Source of the DNA: Lytechinus pictus | Lineage: Eukaryota | DNA length: 64,000 nucleotides | Direction: 5' to 3' | NCBI RefSeq assembly: GCF_037042905.1 | Contig: NC_087252.1 | Span: 17,424,001 to 17,488,000, forward strand | Shown: one piece after another, positions 36,873 to 49,900 of the stretch | Position numbering within the stretch: the first letter of the stretch is position 1 | How the letters are laid out: each line of letters begins with the position of its first letter | Made by a program: the position numbers and the translations under genes | Notes under the pieces: generated by a model | Told to the model about the DNA's origin: nothing | The model's input: the letters and a program-made list of their open reading frames with translations, nothing else | Databases searched by the model: none

Positions 36873-37320
36873 TAGTAATGGTGGTAATGATAATAAGTAT
36901 AAAGATAATAGTGGCAGTGTCGATAGTCGTGGTGATGACGATAGCAATGGTGGTGATTGGGGTGATAGTGAGGATGATGGTAATGGTGATAATGTAGATG
37001 ATAATGAAATGGTTCTGATGTTGATGATGGTAATGATGGTGATGGAGGTGATTGAAAAGATGGTGGTGATGTTGCTGATGGTAATGATGGTGATGGAGAT
37101 GACAGAAAAGATGGTGACAATGTTGATGATGGTAATGATGATGATGAAGATGACAGTGACGATGGTGGTGATGGTGGAGATGATAATTAAAATCATGGTG
37201 ATATTGATGATGGTATCATTGCGATGGAGCTGATCGAGGATATGGTGATAATGTTACTTATAGTATGGTTGCGATGGTGTTGGCAGTGGCAGATGAAGAA
37301 GGTGATAGGTGATGGTTTTC
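36873..37320. repeat. Degenerate (GAT/GGT)n low-complexity tract (duplicate ~61567-61960)
   Basis: Direct reading; produces spurious Met/Val-, His- and Ser-rich ORFs. Confidence 0.9.
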
Positions 37321-40300
37321 ACGTTTATGGCAGTAACTGTGATATTGAAAATATTACTTGTAATTTTTCTTGTTCTGTGGGGGGGGGGGGGGGGGAGCTG
37401 ATATAGTGCGAGCCGATGTTGGGTAGTGTATAGGCCTGGCATAATGTTTCCGCAAGGAATGAGGAACGGGATGAGGGGGGGGAGGGTAGGGGACAGAGAT
37501 GGGATGTCAATTTTATTCAGCTATACAAGGAGCTGGAACTTCTTTTTTTCACGTTTGGCAGGAGGCCAGGTCAGGTGGCCTACTGTTATGTTAAAAGTGT
37601 TGTGAACATTAAACATAACTTCCGTTCTGGTAAGCGAAAGCAGGAAGGAAGTCAACCATAATAGTTTCCTCTCAATGACAGTTACAAATCATGGATTTTT
37701 TAAAACGTTCTGAGTAGTTAAATTTTTGCATAAGACAATGTTGAACGGTTATCCAGGCCGAGAGTAATATAATTTAAATAGGCAGATTAATGTAAACAAA
37801 AAAAAACAACTCTAACAAGTATGAGAATTAGACGACGAATGACGAAGATAATTATGACATTAGCAATATTACATTGTTCTGGTGAAAGAGTTCTGCTCAT
37901 GTCTTAATGAATATGCAATTAGCTACCAAATGATGTTCTGTCCCGACTTGTTCGTTTAGAATTTATTAAGTGAAATTACGATTATTCACATGGTCTCGTT
38001 CAATAATATAAAAATGAGATTGACCCATTAATGTTAACGTCATCATTTGCCAGACTCTCTTCCAAAAGATAATTATTTCAGAGAATTGTATGTAAAATTA
38101 AATAATTTGCGATTAAAAATGATTATTTAAATGGTAAGTAACTGTTGCATATCTAGGAAATCACGCATAAATTTGTTTTTACGGAAATTTCAGAAGTGTA
38201 CAATAAAGTTATGTAGGATTGTTTACTTTTACCGGATTTTAATGAAATTTTAAGTGTTTTACTTGTCTAATCCTTCTCCGTTAATATTAAGGGCATTTGT
38301 CATTTTCAGCCTTTCATACCCCCTTCAAATTTGGCACCGATCCGATTACGAATGGGCGGGAGGAGATAGTTCACATTCTTAATGATTTTTTCTTGAGATT
38401 GATACGAAAGTATATACAAACACCCTACCCCTTCCTCACCTACCGCCAATTTCGAAGGAAGGTAAAGAATACGAAGTTTAAAATGACGATTTATTTTTGA
38501 GTTATTTAAATTATCATTTCAAGTGATACTTCAATATCATCTGATAATCATTTGTGACAATTTATATTTCACTCTCGCTCCGAACAAATTATCATATCAG
38601 CTTTCATGAAATACAGTGAAAACGCTAATATAATATTCGTATATCCTCAGCATGACACTGCACATGTATCGTTATTTTCTGAAATACCGGACAGATATTA
38701 ATACATTACAAAACTTGTTGGGGGCAGGACAACAAAATGCTTTGAAAACAATATCGGCATTGCACATGCATCATTCAACAGCGAGGCAGATTTCTGAATG
38801 ATTTAAAATCAAAGAAACACGTTGTGCTGGCGTGTCTATGCCATGCGTTTCACATTTCATAATGTCAAATCCTCCAATCTCACTGTCGAAAATTTAAAGA
38901 AAGTTCTCTGCTAATCACCATCACTCTTTCTAGTTTCTTCGCCGAAAACTAACCACTAAAAAAAGGTTTTGTTATGGATCAAATCAAGGAACTTTGCAAA
39001 ACAAATTCCAACGAAAATGTACCTTTTAGAACTATAAGCAAGGAGTTACCAGTAACTCCTTGGTCTAAGCAGTGAAAAGCATTGCAGGTATATTTTTGAC
39101 ACCGAGTCGAGATATTCACCTCATTATTTGCATGTTTGTAATTACTGATGATGTCGAGAACAAGGACCAAAGCTGACAGGATAGACTTGTCATCGTACAT
39201 ACAAGAACACTTAGAATCTTTCGCAACTGGAATGTGGACGGATTTAAGAACACTGTGAAGTCTATGAAAATTTCCATCAAATGGTTGGAAGGTCTTTGTA
39301 CAGCTGACTGTTGTTGATCTCCACCAGCCATCAGAGGAAGAAGAAGAAGCAAAAGAAGAAGAAACGAAAGAAGGAGAAGAAGAAGATATTGAAATTTGAA
39401 GAAAAAAAAAATAGTTATGTCGTTTGTCCAGAATCCAGGACGAAACTTTTTTGTTTCATTCAACAATTTCGACAGAGACTTCATTGTCATGAATGGTGTT
39501 TCACAATACATTTATGTTCTTGAATTCGTCGTGCGTCGTAAAATCGAAACTCCCTACTTTAGCCCTTCAACTACCGGTAGGCCTACTTCCAAATCATCTA
39601 TCAGGCCATATAATTTTGAATTTAATTCAATTTTTTTCCGATTAACATTACATATAAACTTGAAATTGATAAATGAAAAAAGGATGATAGCCCTTCTCAG
39701 CAGCACCAATCATGTTGTTGCTGGTCTCCAGAGGGGGACTCTGCAATACACCCAAGACTCTTCTTTGTCTTCCTTCACGGTTACCGAAAAAGAACTTACA
39801 AAAAAGACTACATGACTTGCGTTGCGCTGCTAGTTAACGAATCCGAATAAAAAGAAAGTGCGTGAGGAATTAGGCTGTGATTGCGGCTACACAGTGCTGA
39901 TTAAGGAAGCATTAAATCTATAAAGTCAGCACTGCTCCCACTGATAGCAGAAAATGTAGCCCACTTATTTATAGGAAACATTTCGTAGGGAGAGGTTGAA
40001 TCTAGTCAGTTGGACGCAGACGAACCAGAGATGAGATCCCAACGTCGTAAGTTTAAATAGAGACTATTGATGACGCTGGTCAATACTCAAGCCAAACCTA
40101 CTATTTCTTCGGCGGCTGTGAGATCCCGAACGAAAAACTAACGACAAAAGAGTAATAGATTCGAATTGGCGCTGTTTCTAACATCTATTACATTAAGCGT
40201 AGGCTAACCTCTAATTGGTGCAGTGGTGAGACGACTGGACAATGTCCTCCGGCTCGCGCAGGAGGACACAAAGAAAATAATTGGTAAGTTCGCAAACTAT

Positions 40301-41986
40301 CACACTAGAAATGAAGTCTACCAAGCCTGGGGATATCATAACATTATTTTTAATTGGTAAAAAAAGAGAGTACTAGTTCCAAAATAAAAATTTATGAAAA
40401 TCTGGCGATGAAAGAATTAAACCTGTTAGTATAGCCAAGGAAGTAAAACGTGATTTCATTTAAAGAATTTAAATGAGAAAAGGATGTCATTAATGATGTT
40501 GATACCACAGCACTAAGGTTCAGACACTAACTTTGTTATCAGAGGGTCGCATATACATCACTGCGAACTTGAGCTTTAGGGCGACACAACACCTCCACCG
40601 GGCTTCCCAGCAAATATATACAAAACAATTTCTCATCCGAATTCTTTCCGATCGGATTCTAAAAAAAAATTCATATTGTTTTATGTTTTACTTGTTTTAT
40701 TTTCTTTTATATTATATATTAAATATTATTATTCTTTTCTGGGGGAGGGGGTGAAGGTTATTCCTAACTAAAATCTTATGTAAATCTTGGTTTTATTCTT
40801 ACAAACAACATAAGGTATTCCATAAGGCCCACATGAATAATGCAAGCGCAAGCTTATTTTTGTATTCTTATATTTCCTTAATTTTTAGCTGAAAATCGGA
40901 CGTTTTGAGCAGTTGTTGGAATCACTTTTGACACCCTGTAATGACCATAATTACATTCATGAAAACTATAATGCAAAGATTCTATCGCCAATATTTTGAC
41001 CAACAGAGTGCGCGATCAGAAACTTCCCTGTATACATTTTAACGGTTGTATAAATACACTTGATGGTAGACTGAACTACTTAACTTAAAAAAATAATATT
41101 CATTCGAACTTCATAGAATAGGCTTAATAGTCTGATGCATCATAGTATTTCAATGATGCTGAAAGTTTTGAATACATTACCAAACTATTCATAAATCATG
41201 TAAAGAAGTGGGTGGAGCTTGGATGTGTTAAAAATCCAGTTAAGTAGACATAATAACGAAAGATATTATAGTTTTTATGACTTAAATTTTTCTTTAGACC
41301 CTTTAGAAATGTTTTTCGAAATTGTGTACATATACTTTTTATATAATTTATAGGCAGTCAAAGAGACATATTCGGTACGAAGTCTAAATGAAATTTTACA
41401 CTGTTTTTTCATGAACTTAATTCTTGTTTTTCTACTTTTGGACTATAATCTGGACCTGTAGTCTGAAATGAATTCATGAATTTACCATCTCGATTTTTAG
41501 TTGCCTTTCTTAGCTTTTCTCTCCACCCAATTGTTTGTATTGTTCGTGTGTTTGTTTGTTTTTAGATCATGTATCCGTCAATCAGTATACACAAACTGAA
41601 CAGTCGTTTGCACAATATAAGCACTTTCCACACGACACAAATGATGTTAAAATTTACTCGTTTACCGTATACAGGTAGCTGGTAGGACAAAAGAAAAGTA
41701 CAAGAATTTCATTACACAATTCATTGCGTTGTATGATAAATATATTACAACTTCAAATGATGTTCAATAAGAATTGACTCATTATGACATGAAAACACTA
41801 AAAAAGAATAAATCGACCCATCCCTAATTATAATGATAACCAACGGAACCTCTTGCTACAAAATGTTGCAACATCCGTTATAAGGTGGGGATTCCCAAAC
41901 ATAAATCATTCATCGTGAATATACATGTATCAAGATACTAAATATTTCAAATTAAATTGTACTACTCTTTAGGACTATTTTGGAAT

Positions 41987-41987
<1 letters not shown>

Positions 41988-42018
<31 letters not shown>

Positions 42019-42162
42019 ATGATAATAATAATAATAATGATATTAATGCTACAACTGCTACTACTTCTACTATTAATAGTATTAATACTACTTCAGCAAA
42101 AAACTAACATTAACATCAAATGATATTACCATTGCTTCTAATACTACTATTACTTCTACTAT

Positions 42163-42227
<65 letters not shown>
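41988..42227. repeat. (CTA)n/(TAA)n microsatellite cluster
   Basis: Direct reading. Confidence 0.95.
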
Positions 42228-42228
<1 letters not shown>

Positions 42229-42664
42229 CGTTTCGTCCAAAGACCCTCCAGGTTTTGACGAAATGGTGCGTTAGGAGCGTCTGTTTGTCTCTTAATTGTT
42301 GACTGGAACCCCATCCTTAGTTGGTCTAATTCCGATTCTTACTAATCATCAAATGGTCTAAAATAAAATCAAATTTGTCTAATACAAATACGATGCACAA
42401 ATCATTAACTTTGGTCCATTGTTTTTTTGTTGTTTTTTTTACCACAGTTGGTAGTCTTGTTCGTCATTTTGTCATTTGAGATATTAAACCAAACGATGTT
42501 AGACCATATTGCCAACTGACTGTAGGCCAAGTGGTTATAAGCCGATTTAGACTAATGACTCTTTGATTCTGCTGTTGAAAAGGTTAAACATACATTCAAA
42601 ACTCGGTGAAAAAGGGTTCCAACGCTTCCGTTTGGGCAAAGCCCGGGGGGTAGACAAATGGTTG

Positions 42665-43640
42665 GATTAGGATAGAGATAGGGGCAAAATTGCGCTAAAT
42701 TGGTTTAAAAGTTATCATTCAAATAGAAGACAGCACACATCCCTTAACTTTTCTAAATGTGGTATACTATTTTTTTTATGGGAAGTACCACAGGGTTCTA
42801 TTTTTGGTCCATTTTTATTTCTGATTAATATCAACGGCATGTACATGGTGCTAAACACATTAAATTACATATTTTTTGCGGATGACACAAGTATTTGTCT
42901 ATCCCATCGTGATATTGATATCCTAGGAAGGACTCCTACACTTTCAAAACTATCTAGTGGGTTTCGAGGTAATATGCTATCACTGAATGGAAACATATGA
43001 TAAACATTTCAAAGGGAGGAAGGATAATGGTAACTGTGATTTAAGAATAAAACTTGACAATACTTTTTTTAAACAAAGGTGTCTACTAGGATCATAGGGA
43101 TGTTCGTTAAAAGTCAACTTGAAACACATCAGTAAATCATTTTCTCGAAATATAAACTACACTATAATGAATACATTGAACCTGACAAAATAATGTGCAT
43201 TTTGCACAATAGTCCTTTCCTACCTGATGTGTCGTGTTGCAATTTTCTTTGGACAATATCAAGGAATGTCACATATTAAGTTCTTCTGTTGTAAAAAAGG
43301 CAATTTTCTATTTTTGCTAGTTGCTTTGGTTACCCTAACCATATTGAACTGCAATGTCTGGTTGTTGATGATATCCATTTCCTTCAAACTTCCCTTTTTA
43401 TCTCGTGCCGGAATGTTACTTGCCCACATTTTCACTATGTTTCCACAACATAATGGTATCCATATCCAACACATAAGTCAAGCATTTAATATGGACTTTT
43501 ACAACCCTCGCACGCTGGTGGCTCACAAAGCTATATGGTCCAGATGTTAAGAATTCCCTATCCACGTGTAGTAGGAATTTATTATTAGTTTATTCCTTCA
43601 AAAGTGCAGTTAAAGAAATACTCATCTTGCAGGTTTAATT
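42665..43640 (+). mobile_element. Decayed CR1/L2-group LINE reverse transcriptase remnant
   Basis: ALNWFKSYHSNRRQ (~42690-42732); VPQGSIFGPFLFLININ...FADDT in one frame from 42782; later NMLSLN and a SFK..K..L C-terminal remnant; frameshifted. Confidence 0.88.
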
Positions 43641-43865
43641 CTCTCACAAAAGCAATATTTGTTGTACTATATGTTTTTAATCAAAGATTTTTTTAATTTC
43701 GGGTAATTACACCCTGGCATAGGCCCTATTTTCTAAATAATTGTATTTTCAACTGTGGAAAAAAAATCATTTGTCTATTCGTAGTCATAATCAACCTAAT
43801 TTGAAAATTCCTTAGTATGTATTTTATAATTTCAAAGGCGGGACAATGTATCAAAGTTATTCAGA

Positions 43866-44044
43866 TATTGACTGATGGAGTGTGTAATATAAACATTCTT
43901 TGGACCACCGGATTCATATTTTCCCGAGGGGTTATTTTTTCCCTGAAGCGCGCAGCGCTGAGAGAAAATATGAACACGAGGGAAAATATAAATCCTTTAG
44001 GCGGTCCAAAGAATGTCTATTTTACATACCCAACCATTCAATAT
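43866..44044. repeat. Imperfect ~180-bp palindrome
   Basis: ATAAACATTCTTTGGACC..ATATTTTCCC pairs with GGGAAAATAT..GGTCCAAAGAATGTCTAT; centre GAAGCGCGCAGCGCTGAG. Confidence 0.8.
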
Positions 44045-44435
44045 ATTTTATATTAGATAGCCTGAAGTGATGGAGATTCTTTATCTAGACTCTAATTTGT
44101 AGAGAAACTAGACCTAGGCCTAGATGAAACTAGATCTAGATCCACTAGATCTAGATCCACTAACAAAATATAGAATGTACTTACCAGATCAATTCCTTGC
44201 AAAAATTCAAATTCCAACAGAGATAAAGCCAAAAGCATCGATAAGGAAAACAGTCATAGCGGTAGTCTACATCCCAATGAAATTCCAACCGTTCCGACTG
44301 TTCAACGTAATAACAACAAACACGAACGCAACATAATTACATAGGGTACGATGCAGTATTGCCTACTTGTTATATGTTTAAAGTGTTACTGTTCTACCCT
44401 TTTCTGGTCCACATCCTAATTGTTTGATACAAAGT

Positions 44436-45110
44436 TCATTTGAGGTTAGGACTGTGAGTCCGGTCCAGGTCCAGGACACAGGGCTGACTGAGATCCATGT
44501 TGATTCTGAGCTGTAACATCAGATGCACAAATTTAGGAATGAGATATAACAGGACCAGATGGCAGCCTACTGATTGATCAATGTTTTCCTGAGGCTGAGC
44601 TCTCTGTTGTCGAACCAGGACTTGGTCCAGGACCCAATGTGGATCTCTGTAGATCCTGAGGCTGACTAATAACGTCAGGTGCAGAATCTGGTGGTGGATG
44701 AGATGAAACAGGACTAGGTGGTGGCCTGGTGACTGTACTTGGTGGTCCTGATCTTTCTTTTGCTTAACCAGATCCAGGACCAGGACCAAATCTGGCACTA
44801 ACTTTAGACCTTGTACTACTAGGACTAGAAAGCCTAACCTTCAACTGACAATTCTATGACAAGCATAAGCTCATTGGTGGTTTATGTCCTTCGTAAACTC
44901 GATATTAATGTTTAAGACTGCTCTCACTTTTATGTCCTGAAACCGTCATGATATGCCTGGCCTCTTGCTTGCTCATCTAAGATAGTGATAGTTGTGACTC
45001 TAATGCAATGGTTCGTGTACGGACTTGACGTTTTAGCTTTACTGCTAATGCTTTTCCTTGTGTTCCCCAATACATTCTTACCAACAACCTGATGATCACA
45101 TCATGGCACA
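44436..45110 (-). pseudogene. Decayed Crypton-type tyrosine recombinase (DUF3504; ZMYM/QRICH1/KCTD1-related) C-terminal domain plus Pro/Ser-rich tail
   Basis: Manual translation of 45106-44905: P*CDHQVVGKNVLGNTRKSISSKAKTSSPYTNHCIRVTTITILDEQ (frameshift) EARHIMTVSGHKSESSLKH*. HxxR and SGH motifs are present; the catalytic Tyr codon is now TAA at 44905-44907. Confidence 0.85.
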
Positions 45111-46143
45111 TTTTGTTGGTATTGTTCTACTGTCCCTGGGACTGGACCGCTTTCATGTTTGACATTTTCTTGAGACGCACTTGCCATCACTCTGATTTCC
45201 ACTCAGATTTTGCAACAAAAAAACGTGCAAAACTCCGTTGTTTTCGCACTTCAACTCGTTGTCGTTTTTTTAATATTGAGTCAATATCAAAGAGTGAAGC
45301 AGATCTAGAAAATTTAGATTTTCAGCTTTATTATCATATTAATCATATCAAATATGTAGAATTTAAGATACCGTAATTTTAGACTTACATTTTTCAAGTT
45401 TCCCCCAATTTTGTGTGAGAGAGGGCTACAAATCAAGGACATCTTTTGCTCTGGTAACTTCGCGCCAAATCAAGCCAAGTAAGAAAGTGAAACATCATCT
45501 GAAAGTTCAGATCACTATGATTACAATGATATCATAGGCGGATCCAGCTTTTGGCGAAAGGGGGGGGGGGGGCGCACTGCCGAGCGGCGCACATATTTTT
45601 GCACTTCACCGGCGCCATAAAAGAAAATGTTGAAAAAGGGGTAAAGTCTGACCCTGTCAAATGCTCTTTTTAAAATGTAGGATTTTCAGTCATGCCATTT
45701 TGCATGATCACACGCAGATAATATTTCCGGGGGGGGGGGGGCAAGACTCGAAAATTTGGTGCACATCTCACATTTGCACATTTTTCATAGTCTTCATGAA
45801 ATGTTAAGGGAAAAAAAAATGTTTTTCACAACAGCAGATCGCGAATGTGCCCCCCCCCCTCCTTCCCCCTTGCTGCGTACGACCATTCCCTGAAGTCCAC
45901 TTAAACATATCTCATTATAACAGAAATATACATCAATTTAAACATATAATCTTTCTAAAAACATGTATAGAGAGAGATTGAAAAACTTATTAAAGAAAGA
46001 AACAAGCAAAAAGTAACACAAACTATGCATGTTATGTGCGGTTTCAAAATCTCGTGTAATAACCCTTTTATTGCGATGAGGCCAATACTGTTGTATATTA
46101 ATAGAGATACAAGTTTTTTTTACTATATGTATATATATATACA

Positions 46144-46830
46144 CAGGGGCGTCGATCCTTTCTTTAAGATTTGGGGGGCAAATCATGAATCAACTTTCCA
46201 AAGGCGCTCGATATCACACAAAACAAACAAACTCACACAAACACACACATATATATATATATTTATATGACTCATGAGATAGAAACACATATCTCACCAA
46301 CAAATTAATGCGAGCGCGAAGCGCGAGCTGAAATTTTTAGTATACTGACCTGAAAACAGGAAAAAGGTGCCTGTTTAGGACTGTTTGTAGTAACTCATGA
46401 GGAGGATACATATCTCACTACACAGATAATGCGAGTGCCGAGGGCGAGCTGAAATTTCTTTATATTCTGACCAGAAAGCTTGATATTCTATGCATTTTTG
46501 GTACCAATGATTAAGATGGGTATCTAAAAAAACAATAGATGCGAGCCCGAAGCGCGAACTTAAAATTTTGATATTTCGATTTGAAAAAAAATGACAGTTT
46601 AATGGAGGTTTGTAATAAAGAACAAGATTATATCCAGCAAAAGATTATTGCAAATCGAAGCGGGAGTTCTTTTGACATTTAGTCCTGAAAAAGGGACATT
46701 CTATTCACCTATTTAATCATGAAAAGTATGGGGTTTTGCTACAGAAATGATGCGAGCGCGAAGCGCGAGCTGAAAATTTTTATATTCCAATCTGAGAAGC
46801 GGATAATTTAAGCACGATTTTAAATAAAGA
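46144..46830. repeat. Interspersed element with ~110-120-bp tandem units containing GCGAGCGCGAAGCGCGAGCTGAAA
   Basis: Motif near 46310, 46431, 46541 and 46752; hAT-like start CAGGGGCG at 46144. Confidence 0.7.
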
Positions 46831-47216
46831 ACGAGTTGTGTAGCTCAATCTCAATATACGACTGGTTGCGTAATTATACACTCCTGGTACTAGTAACGGG
46901 TTTTAGCAAAGTTTTGGGCTAAGATATCGAATCATCTTACACAACACTATAGTAGCTGTCTTAAACTAAAGGCCATAGAGGTAGCACAATGTGGAATGTG
47001 TAAAGAAGAAAAGTGACCGACCTTCTTTTTATTAAAGCATTGGAAAATAAGATCAAAATTAAAGGATTTGCTCTACGCTTTTGTATGATTCTGGGATTTT
47101 TGAAATAAATTAAAGATTTCATGACATCTGTCATTCTGTGGGCAACTGCCCCGCCCCAGTCCACTCTGTAAGGGCATGCGATAAGCTTTGTTATGACCAT
47201 TCAACAATAAAATGTA

Positions 47217-48055
47217 TAACCAGGTGCCACTGATCATTCTTGACCGGCGCCGATCTAGATTTGGTTGGCAATAGGCCCTTCTTCATTATTCTACCGGCGC
47301 CTATTTATTGGAACCAGGGGACGCTGATTATTTTTGACCGGCGCCGATTTAGAACAAGTAGTGCTGATTATTTTTACCGACGTCACGTAAGATTCAGGCA
47401 GCGGCAATTCATATTATTGACTGGCGCCGATTTAGAACCAGGAGGCGCCGATCATTCTTGACTGGCGCCGATTTTTAACCAGGTGGTGCTGATTATTCTT
47501 GTCCGGCGCCGATTTAGATTTAGGTGGATCTGATTATTCTTGATCGCGGCGCCGGTTAAGACTCAGGCAGCGCCGATTTATAACCAGATGGCGCTGATTA
47601 TTCTTGACCAGCCCCGATTTAGATATAGGTGGCGCTGATTATCCTTGATCGGCGCCGGTTACGAACCCAGGCAGCGCCGATTTTTCTTTACCGGCGCCGA
47701 TTTATAACGAGATGGCGCCGTTTATTCTTGCCCCGCGCCGATTTAGATTTAGGTGGAGCTGATTATTCTTGATTGGCGCCGGTTAAGACTCTGGCAGCGC
47801 CGATTTATAACCAGATGGCGCTGATTATTCTTGTCCGGCGCCGATTTAGATTTAGGTGGCGCTGATTATCCTTGATCGGCGCCGGTTAAGAACTCAGGCA
47901 GCGTCGATTTTTCTGTACCGGCGCCGATTTATAACCAAATGGCGCTGATTATTATTGTCCGGCGCCGATTTAGATTAAGGTGGCGCTGATTATTCTTGAT
48001 TGGCGCCAGTTATATGCAGGCAGCGCACTGCTGATTATTTTTAACCGGCGAAGTT
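47217..48055. repeat. Satellite-like array of ~35-bp subunits (GGCGCTGATTATTCTTG / GGCGCCGATTTA) with higher-order period
   Basis: Recurring triplet AACCAGATGG.. / GATTTAGGTGG.. / GGTTAAGACTCAGGCAG.. roughly every 105-125 bp. Confidence 0.9.
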
Positions 48056-49207
48056 GTTGGGAAAAGGGTAGTTAAAAGAAAAGATAAGGAAGATGATATG
48101 ATGGTGCTTTGCTGGGGGATAGTCTTTCCTTACTGTTGCTAATATTATATCAGTGTATAATTTTTTTAAGCGGCGCCTTTTCTTTAATTTCTTTCCTATA
48201 TTTTTATTTTTTCAAGCAGCGCCTTTTCTTTCTTTTACTTTTCTTTTATTTTTTTTGAGCGGCGCCTTCGGCGCCGCTCAAATATTAGGGGGGGAGGGGG
48301 GCGCGCGCCCCCTGCGCCACCCCCTGGATCCGCCACTGGATATAACATCCATTTTGATTAGTTCAAAAAAAGTACCGTCATTTTTTAATCCAATCTCTTT
48401 GTTCGTTTCAAAATGTTGACATTTTGCCCGGTCAGAGTAAACCCGTACCCGTGGTTGCCAAGGACAACCCATGCATAATACGCGTGTTGCAGCTCGGTGA
48501 TCGAACCTTATGCTGCAGCCCGAGCTTTGGGGAGCTTTGTCGAATTTTTTTGGTGAGTTGCATTGTTTTTTTTCTGAGGAACTGAATTAAATATTTTACC
48601 ATCTTAACAGTAGTATACCTTACGAATCACACAGGGAATCATTTTGAATAATTCCAAAAAAAAATTAAGTTTTATTGAAAATTTTGAAGGCATGCCTAAT
48701 CGCTCCCTGTGTCAAATTCTACACGAAGACGTTGTGTGTTAGTACTAGGATCGTTCCATTTTGTCTACGGTAGATAGTAAGTTGTCTTATAAACCGGCGT
48801 AGGCCCTATATGACTGGGTGTGTATGCACGTTCACGTCCAGCCGGGCTGGGGCCCCGGGCCGGGTACCGAAGCAGAGCGGTGGGTATGGATATGCATCCC
48901 AACACATGTTTACATAAACACACTTCTCCAGTCATAATAAATAAACGAGATGGCGGTTCAGAGCATTGATACTATCTATATACATACACTGTACATTATT
49001 TACAATGTAAAATAACATGCATTTCCGTGCAGCGAACGTAATTGAGGCGCGCAGTAATTTTCTCTCCGGACTGCGTACTTTTATACCCCTCATATCCGAA
49101 TGGATCAGTCCGAGCCTTTTTTTTTCTGTGACGTGTCAGACCGCGCGTCGTGTCCCGAGTCGCGTCAGTAGCATTCGAAGAGGCTCTGCAGACAGGTGTG
49201 TCTACAA

Positions 49208-49658
49208 TACCGTGTTTACACTTAATCGGCATTTGAATCGGCTCGCGGTTCTGAACCGCGAGCCGATTCAGCATCGGCTTTTTCATAGCGTGTAAACGCG
49301 AGCAACTTGAATCGGCTCGCGGTTCAGAACCGGCAATTTGCACCACCAAAGTAGTAGGTTCTGAACCGTGAGCCGATGCAGAATCGGCTTTTTTACTACG
49401 TGTAAACAGAAAGCTGATTCTGCACCGGCAATTTGTGCGCATTTCAATTACTTTACCATTGTGACGTAATTGTAAGCGCACTGATCCAGCGTTGTCTTTA
49501 TTATGACGTATATTGTAGGTATGCGTATCATTTCAGGTTTTTGCATCGGCTCGCGGTTCTGAACCGCGAGCTGTTACAACGTGTAAACGCAATCCAAATG
49601 CCGATTCTGCATCGGCATTTGGTTCAGAACCAATTGCCGATTAAGTGTAAACACGGTA
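49208..49658. mobile_element. PIF/Harbinger-like MITE
   Basis: TIR TACCGTGTTTACACTTAATCGGCA / TGCCGATTAAGTGTAAACACGGTA; CAA on both flanks; internal palindromes TCGGCTCGCGGTTCTGAACCGCGAGCCGA. Confidence 0.88.
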
Positions 49659-49769
49659 CAAATTGTGTAGAGACGTTTTCATATGAAAAAAAAAAAAAAA
49701 CATATGTTATCTCCGTGTGTGTGTGTGTGTGTGTATTTGAGTTTTGTCAGACGTGTATCAATCAGATAT

Positions 49770-49900
49770 GATTATTTACGTCTGTGACCGACCTTTAACG
49801 TCACCATCCGAAAGACGTGACCAGGGCTCGAACCTCGAACCTCTGCATCAATTTGTAACTTCCCCACAGCTTGGATTCCAGGCGCACGCCACAACGCCCA
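49770..49900 (-). mobile_element. SINE-like element
   Basis: B-box-like GGTTCGAGCC followed by stem-loop CACGTCTTTCGGATGGTGACGTTAAAGGTCGGTC on the minus strand. Confidence 0.55.

Larger units (their letters stand above)
30151..39357 (+). repeat. Segmental duplication, copy A (TRIM CDS plus at least 7.3 kb of 3' flank)
   Basis: Colinear with 52107-64000 apart from the 57651-60320 insertion; right boundary cannot be fixed because copy B runs off the window. Confidence 0.95.

Noticed and set aside
36731..37233. His-, Ser/Pro- and Met/Val-rich ORFs (also 61425-61876)
   Set aside because: Translations of a GAT/GGT tract plus a MITE; shared between copies only because of the duplication
38979..39340. 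Minus-strand open frames present in both duplicates
   Set aside because: No recognisable domain or clear splice sites; conservation is explained by the duplication
42120..42302. Poly-Leu signal-peptide-like ORF
   Set aside because: (CTA)n microsatellite
44436..44798. 120-aa ORF from the track as a real gene
   Set aside because: Off-frame reading of the stop-interrupted Pro/Ser-rich tail downstream of the Crypton-type recombinase fossil
47217..48055. CRISPR-like periodic array
   Set aside because: Intervening sequences are themselves repeated rather than unique spacers; no cas genes; eukaryotic context
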